From Eledone cirrhosa (lineage: Eukaryota), in NCBI GenBank assembly GCA_964016885.1, contig OZ024743.1, positions 131,626,001-131,690,000 on the forward strand: 64,000 nt of DNA, read 5' to 3'. Below the pieces are notes generated by a model, which was not told where the DNA came from, made no database searches, and worked only from the letters and a program-made list of their open reading frames with translations. Of this stretch, positions 57,801 to 64,000 are shown one piece after another. The position numbers and the translations under genes are program-made. Numbering within the stretch: the first letter of the stretch is position 1; each line of letters begins with the position of its first letter.

Positions 57801-60666
57801 CACCAAAGACCAAGCACCAAACACCAAGCACCAAGCCCCAACCACCAAACACCTAGCACCAAGCACCAAACACCAAGCACCAAGCACCAAGCACCATGCA
57901 CCAAACACCAAGCACCAAGCACCAAACAGCAAACACCAAACAGCAAACACCAAACACCAAACACCAACCAGCAAACACCAAACAACAAACACCAAACAGC
58001 AAACACCAAACACCAAACACCTAACACCAAACGCCAAAAAGCAAACGCCAAACCCCAAACGCCAAACAGCAAATGCCAAACCCCAAACGCCAAACAGCAA
58101 ACGCCAAGCGCCAAACACCAAAGACCAAGCGCCAAGCAACAAACACCAAACACCAAGCACCAAGCACCAAACACCAAACACCAAGCACCAAGTACCAAAC
58201 ACCAAACACCAAGCACCAAACACCAAACAGCAAACGCCAAAAAGCAAACGCCAAACCCCAAACGCCAAACAGCAAACGCCAAGGACCAAACACCAAACAC
58301 CAAGCGCCAAGCACCAAATACCAAACACCAAGCACCAAGCACCAAACACCAAACACCAAGGACCAATCACCAAACACCAAGCACCAAGCGCCAAACACCA
58401 AACACCATACACCTAGCACCAAGCACCAAGCACCAAACACCAAAAACCAAGCCCCAAGCACCAAACACCAAGCACCAAGCGCCAAACACCAAACACCAAA
58501 CACCTAGCACCAAGCACCAAGCACCGAACACCAAGCACCAAACACCAAGCACCAAGCACCAAGCACCAAGCACCAAGCACCAAACACCAAACACCAAGCA
58601 CCAAGCACCAAACACCAAGCACCAAGCGCCAAACACCAAACACCAAACACCTAGCACCAAGCACCAAGCACCGAACACCAAGCACCAAACACCAAGCACC
58701 AAGCACCAAGCACCAAGCACCAAGCACCAAACACCAATCACCAAGCCCCAAGCACCAAACACCAAGCACCAAGCACCAAACACCAAACACCAAGCACCAA
58801 GCACCCAGAACCAAGCACCAAGCACCAAACACCAAACACCAAGCACCAAGCACCAAACACCAAACACCAAGCACCAAGCACCAAGCACCAAGCACCAAAC
58901 ACCATACACCAAGCACCAAGCACCAAACACCAAAAACCAATCACCAAGCACCAAAGAGCAAACACCAAGCCCCAAGCACCAAACACCAAACACCAAACAG
59001 CAAACACTAAACACCAAACACCAAACAGCAAACACCAAACAGCAAATAGCAAACACCAAACACCAACCAGGAAACACCAAACAGCAAACACCAAACAGCA
59101 AACGCCAAACAGCAAACACAAACACCAAACACCAAGCACCAAGCACCAAGCACAAAACACCAAGCACCAAGCGCAAAGCACCAAACACCAAACACCAAAC
59201 ACCAAACACCAAACACCAATCACCAGACACCAGACACCAAACACCAAACAGCAAACACCAAACACCAAACAGCAAACACCAAACACCAAACACCATGCAC
59301 CCAGAACCAAGCACCAAGCACCAAACACCAAACACCAAGCACCAAGCACCAAACACCAAACACCAAGCACCAAGCACCAAGCACCAAGCACCAAACACCA
59401 TACACCAAGCACCAAGCACCAAACACCAAAAACCAATCACCAAGCACCAAAGAGCAAACACCAAGCCCCAAGCACCAAACACCAAACACCAAACACCAAA
59501 CAACAAACACTAAACACCAAACACCAAACAGCAAACACCAAACACCAAGCACCAAGCACCAAGCACCAAACACCAAGCACCAAGCGCCAAGCACCAAACA
59601 CCAAACACCAAACACCAAACAGCAAACACCAATCACCAAATACCAGACACCAAACACCAAACAGCAAACACCAAACACCAAACACCAAACAGCAAACACG
59701 AAACAGCAAACACCAAACAGCAGAGACCAAACAGCAAACACCAAACAGCAAACACCAAACACCAAACACCAAACACCAAACACCAAGCACCAAGCACCAA
59801 ACACCAAGCACCAAGCAACAAACACCAATCACCAAGCACCGAGCACTAAAAACCAAACATCTAGCACCAAGCACCAAGCACCAAACACCAAGCACCAAGC
59901 ACCAAGCACCAAACACCAAGCACCAAAGACCAAGCCCCAAATACCAAGCACCAAGCACCAAACACCAATCACCAGGCACCAAGCACCAAACACCAAGAAC
60001 CAAGCACCAAGCACTAAACACCAAATACCAAGCACCAAGCACCAAACACCAAACACCAAGCACCAAGTACCAAACTCCAAACACCAAACACCAAGCACCA
60101 AGCACCAAATTCCAAGCACCAAACACCAAGCACCAATCACCAAACACCAAACACCAAGCACCAAGCACCAAACACCAAAAACCAAGCACCAAGCACCAAG
60201 CACCAAACACCTAACGCCAAACACCGAAAACCAAGTACCAAGCACCAAACACCAAGCACCAAGCGTCAAAGACCAAACACCTAGCACCAAGCACGAAACA
60301 CCAAGCACCAAGCACCGAGCACCAAACACCAAGTACCAAGCACCAATCACCAAACACCAAGAAACAAGCACCAAACACCAGACAGCAAGCACCAAGCACC
60401 AAACACCAAACTCCAAGCACCAAGCACCAAACACCAAGCACCAAGCGCCAAACACCAAACACCAAGCACCAAGCACCAAACACCAAGCACCAACCACCAA
60501 GCACCAAACACCAAGCACCAAGCACCAAACACCAAGCACCAATCACCAAACAGCAAACACCAAGCACCAAACACCAAACACCAAGCACCAAGCACCAAAC
60601 ACCAAGCACCAAGCACCAAACACCAAGCACCAAGCACCAAACACCAAAAACCAATCACCAAGCACC
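48862..60666. repeat. Right-hand super-cycle with the same block order but more private substitutions
   Basis: Blocks at 50451, 52005, 53509, 55055 and 56181 (1554, 1504, 1546, 1126 and 1456 bp) match the left-hand block types. The block at 48862 recurs at 60667, sharing the AAAAAGT variant near 49289 and 61095. Confidence 0.8.
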
Positions 60667-61979
60667 AAAGAGCAAACACCAAGCCCCAAGCACCAAACAC
60701 AAAACACCAAATACCAAATAGCAAACACTAAACACCAAACACCAAACAGCAAACACAAAACAACAAATAGCAAATACCAAACAGCGAACACCAAACACCA
60801 AACAGCAAACACCAAACACCAACCAGGAAACACCAAAGACCAAGCACCAAACACCAAGCACCAAGCCCCAGGCACCAAACACCAAGCACCAAGCACCAAA
60901 CACCAAGCACCAAGCACCAAGCACCATGCACCAAACACCAAGCACCAAGCACCAAACAGCAAACACCAAACAGCAAACACCAAACACCAAACACCAACCA
61001 GCAAACACCAAACACCAAACACCAAACAGCAAACACCAAACAGCAAACACCAAACAGCAAACACCAAACACCAAACACCAAACACCAAACGCCAAAAAGT
61101 AAACGCCAAACCCCAAACGCCAAACAGCAAATGCCAAACCCCAAGCGCCAAACAACAAAGACCAAGCGCCAAGCAACAAACACCAAACACCAAGCACCAA
61201 GCACCAAACACCAAACACCAAGCACCAAGTACCAAACACCAAACACCAAGCACCAAACACCAAACAACAAACGCCAAAAAGCAAACGCCAAACCCCAAAC
61301 GCCAAACAGCAAACGCCAAGGACCAAACACCAAACACCAAGCGCCAAGCACCAAATACCAAACACCAAGCACCAAGCACCAAACACCAAACACCAAGGAC
61401 CAATCACCTAACACCAAGCACCAAGCGCCAAACACCAAAAACCAAACACCTAGCACCAAGCACCAAGCACCAAACACCAAGCACCAAGCCCCAAGCACCA
61501 AACAGCAAGCACCCAGCACCATACACCAAACACCAAGCACCAAGCACCCAGAACAAAGCACCAAGCACCAAACACCAAACACCAAGCTCCAGGCACCAAA
61601 CACGAAACACCAAGCACCAAGCACCAAGCACCAAGCACCAAACACCAAACACCAAGCACCAAGCACCAAACACCAAGCACCAAGCGCCAAACACCAAACA
61701 CCAAACACCTAGCACCAAGCACCAAGCACCGAACACCAAGCACCAAACACCAAGCACCAAGCACCAAGCACTAAGCACCAAGCACCAAACACCAATCACC
61801 AAGCCCCAAGCACCAAACACCAAGCACCAAGCACCAAACACCAAACACCAAGCACCAAGCACCCAGAACCAAGCACCAAGCACCAAACACCAAACACCAA
61901 GCACCAAGCACCAAACACCAAACACCAAGCACCAAGCACCAAGCACCAAGCACTAAACACCATACACCAAGCACCAAGC

Positions 61980-64000
61980 ACCAATCACTAAACACTAAAC
62001 ACCAAGCACCAAGCACCAAACACAAACACCAAGCACCAAGCACCAAATCCCAAGCACCAAACACAAAACACCAAGCACCAAGCACCAAACACCAAACACC
62101 AAGCACCAACCACCAAACACCAAATACCAAGCACCAAGCACCAGGCACCAAGCACCAAACACCAAGCACCAAGCACCAAGCACCAAACACCAAGCACCAA
62201 ACACCAAGCACCAGACACCAAGCACCAAGCACCAAACACCAAACAGCAAACACCAAACACCAAACAGCAAACACCAAACAGCAAACACCAAACACCAAAC
62301 ACCAACCAGCAAACACCAAGCACCAAGCACTAAACAGCAAACACCAAGCACCAAGCACCAAGCACCAAACACCAAGCACCAAGCACCAAGCACCAAACAC
62401 CAAGCACCAAGCACCAACCACCAAGCAGCAAGCACCAAGCACCAAGCACCAAACACCAAGCACCAAGCACCAAACACCAAACACCAAGCACCAATCACCA
62501 AACACCAAACACCAAGCACCAAGCACCAAACACCAAGCACCAAGCACCAAAGAGAAAAAAACCAAGCACCAAGCATCAAACACCAAACACCAAACACCAC
62601 ACAGCAAACAGCAAACAGCAAACACCAAACAGCAAACACCAAATAGCAAACACCAAACAGCAAACACCAAACACCAAACAGCAAACACTAAACACCAAAC
62701 ACCAAGCACCAAGCACCAAGCACCAAACAACAAGCACCAAGCACCAAGCACCAAGCACCAAACACCAAACACCAATCGCCAAACACCAAACACCAAGCAT
62801 CAAGCACCAAACACCAAACACCAAGCACCAAGCACCAAGCACCAAGCACCAAACACCAAGCACCAAGCACCAATCACCAAACACCAAACACCAGGCACCA
62901 AACACCAAACAGCAAACACCAATCACCAAACACCAAACACCAAACAGCAAACACCAATCACCAAACAACAAACACCAAACACCAAACAGTAAACACCAAA
63001 CACCAAACAGCAAACACCAAACACCAAACAGCAAACACCAAACACCAAACACCAAACACCAAACACCAAACAAACAGCAAACAGCAAACACCAAACAGCA
63101 AACAGCAAACACCAAACACCAAACAACAAACGCCAAACAGCAAATGCCAGCCACCAGATGCCTAACAGCAAACGCCAAACACCAAACGCCAAACAGCAAA
63201 CACCAAACACCAAACAGCAAACACCAAACACCAAACACCAAATAGCAAACACCAAACAGCAAACACCAAACAACAAACACCAAACAGCAAACACCAAACA
63301 GCAAACAGCAAACACCAAACACCAAACACCAAGCACCAAGCACCAAACACCAAGCACCAATCAACAAGCACCAATCACCAAGCACCAAGCACTAAACACC
63401 AAACACCAAGCACCAAGCACCAAGCACCAAACACCAAGCACAAAGCACCAAGCACCAAACGCCAAGCAACAAGCACCAAACACCAAGCACCAAGCACCAA
63501 GCACCAAACACCAAGCACCAAAGACCAAGCACCAAATACCAAGCACCAAGCACCAAACACCAATCACCAAGCACCAAGCACCAAACACAAACACCAAGCA
63601 CCAAGTACCAAACTCCAAACACCAAACACCAAACACCAAGCATGAAGCACCAAGCACCAAATACCAAACACCAAACACCAAGCACCACATCAAACACCAA
63701 GCACCAAGCACCAATCGCCAAGCACCAAGCACCAAGCAACAAACACAACGCACCAAACACCAAGCACCAAGCACCAAGCACCAAACACCAAGCACCAAGC
63801 ACCCAACACCAAACACCAATCACCAAGCACCAAAGAGCAAACACCAAGCCCCAAGCACCAAACACCCAACACCAAACACCAAACATCAAACACCAATCAC
63901 GAATCACCAAACAGCAAACAGCAAACACCAAACACCAAACACCAAGCACCAAGCACCAAACACCAAACACCAAGCACTAAGCACCAAACACCAAATACCA
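61980..64000. repeat. Diverged portion of the satellite with a degraded HOR pattern
   Basis: It carries many variants not seen upstream: AAAGAGAAAAAAACC near 62549, a 4-bp unit near 63068, AGCCACC-AGATGCC-TAACAGC near 63149, AAGCATG near 63638, a 5-bp ACATC near 63687 and AATCACG near 63895. Confidence 0.75.

Larger units (their letters stand above)
1291..63860. repeat. Higher-order repeat blocks, each opened by the core AAAAACC-AATCACC-AAGCACC-AAAGAGC-AAACACC-AAGCCCC
   Basis: AAAGAGC starts at 1312, 3810, 5244, 6749, 8309, 9456, 10939, 13374, 13913, 16432, 18076, 19174, 20657, 23057, 24834, 26346, 27885, 29354, 30914, 31704, 33160, 34196, 36001, 37513, 39052, 40521, 42081, 42871, 44327, 46349, 48862, 50451, 52005, 53509, 55055, 56181, 57637, 58953, 59449, 60667 and 63832. 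That is 41 copies with a mean spacing near 1.56 kb and nearly identical flanking units. Confidence 0.95.
1..64000. repeat. Heptamer satellite array, consensus AA(A/G)CACC, about 9,100 units, extending past both window ends
   Basis: The sequence parses throughout into 7-mers AAACACC and AAGCACC plus recurrent variants (AAACAGC, AATCACC, AAGCCCC, AAACGCC, TAGCACC, AACCAGG, AAAGAGC). The + strand is almost entirely A and C. No inversion or non-repeat insertion was seen. Confidence 0.99.

Noticed and set aside
1-64000. CRISPR array or other repeat-spacer system
   Set aside because: There are no unique spacers, since everything between landmarks is the same heptamer, and there are no cas or other genes.
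1-64000. Sequencing or assembly artefact for the array as a whole
   Set aside because: Rare variants recur in fixed contexts at exact offsets with shared derived changes, which random error or a collapsed consensus would not produce. Individual duplications still need read support.
1-64000. G-quadruplex or i-motif array
   Set aside because: The unit offers only GG runs with 5-nt loops, and GGGG runs are isolated, so at most weak two-tetrad structures are possible. This cannot be supported from sequence alone.
1-64000. Identity with Drosophila virilis heptamer satellites or cyanobacterial STRR heptamers
   Set aside because: The unit differs from AAACTAC/AAACTAT/AAATTAC and from the STRR consensus sequences, and STRR tracts are short, not tens of kilobases.

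Overview
The whole 64-kb window is one uninterrupted, single-orientation satellite array of a 7-bp unit, AA(A/G)CACC on + (GGTG(T/C)TT on -), roughly 9,100 copies. I found no gene, RNA gene, transposon, CRISPR array or unique sequence. Every ORF in the track is a by-product of the repeat: 7 is coprime with 3, so all three frames give poly-TKHQ(A/T)P(S/N) on + or poly-WCLV(L/F)G(A/V) on -. The interest lies in the hidden order. Rare variant heptamers mark a nested higher-order repeat (HOR): 7-bp unit, then blocks of mostly 1.1-2.5 kb each opened by the same AAAGAGC core (41 counted), then super-cycles of about 9.6-12.5 kb. There is a very recent 11.1-kb tandem duplication whose junction maps to an 11-bp window, and two 3-3.5-kb local duplications. 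Several CpG-to-TpG changes between paralogous copies suggest cytosine methylation, and the array decays over its last 2 kb. It is most likely eukaryotic heterochromatic (centromeric, pericentromeric or subtelomeric) DNA, but the organism and function cannot be determined from this window. All counts and offsets were made by hand.
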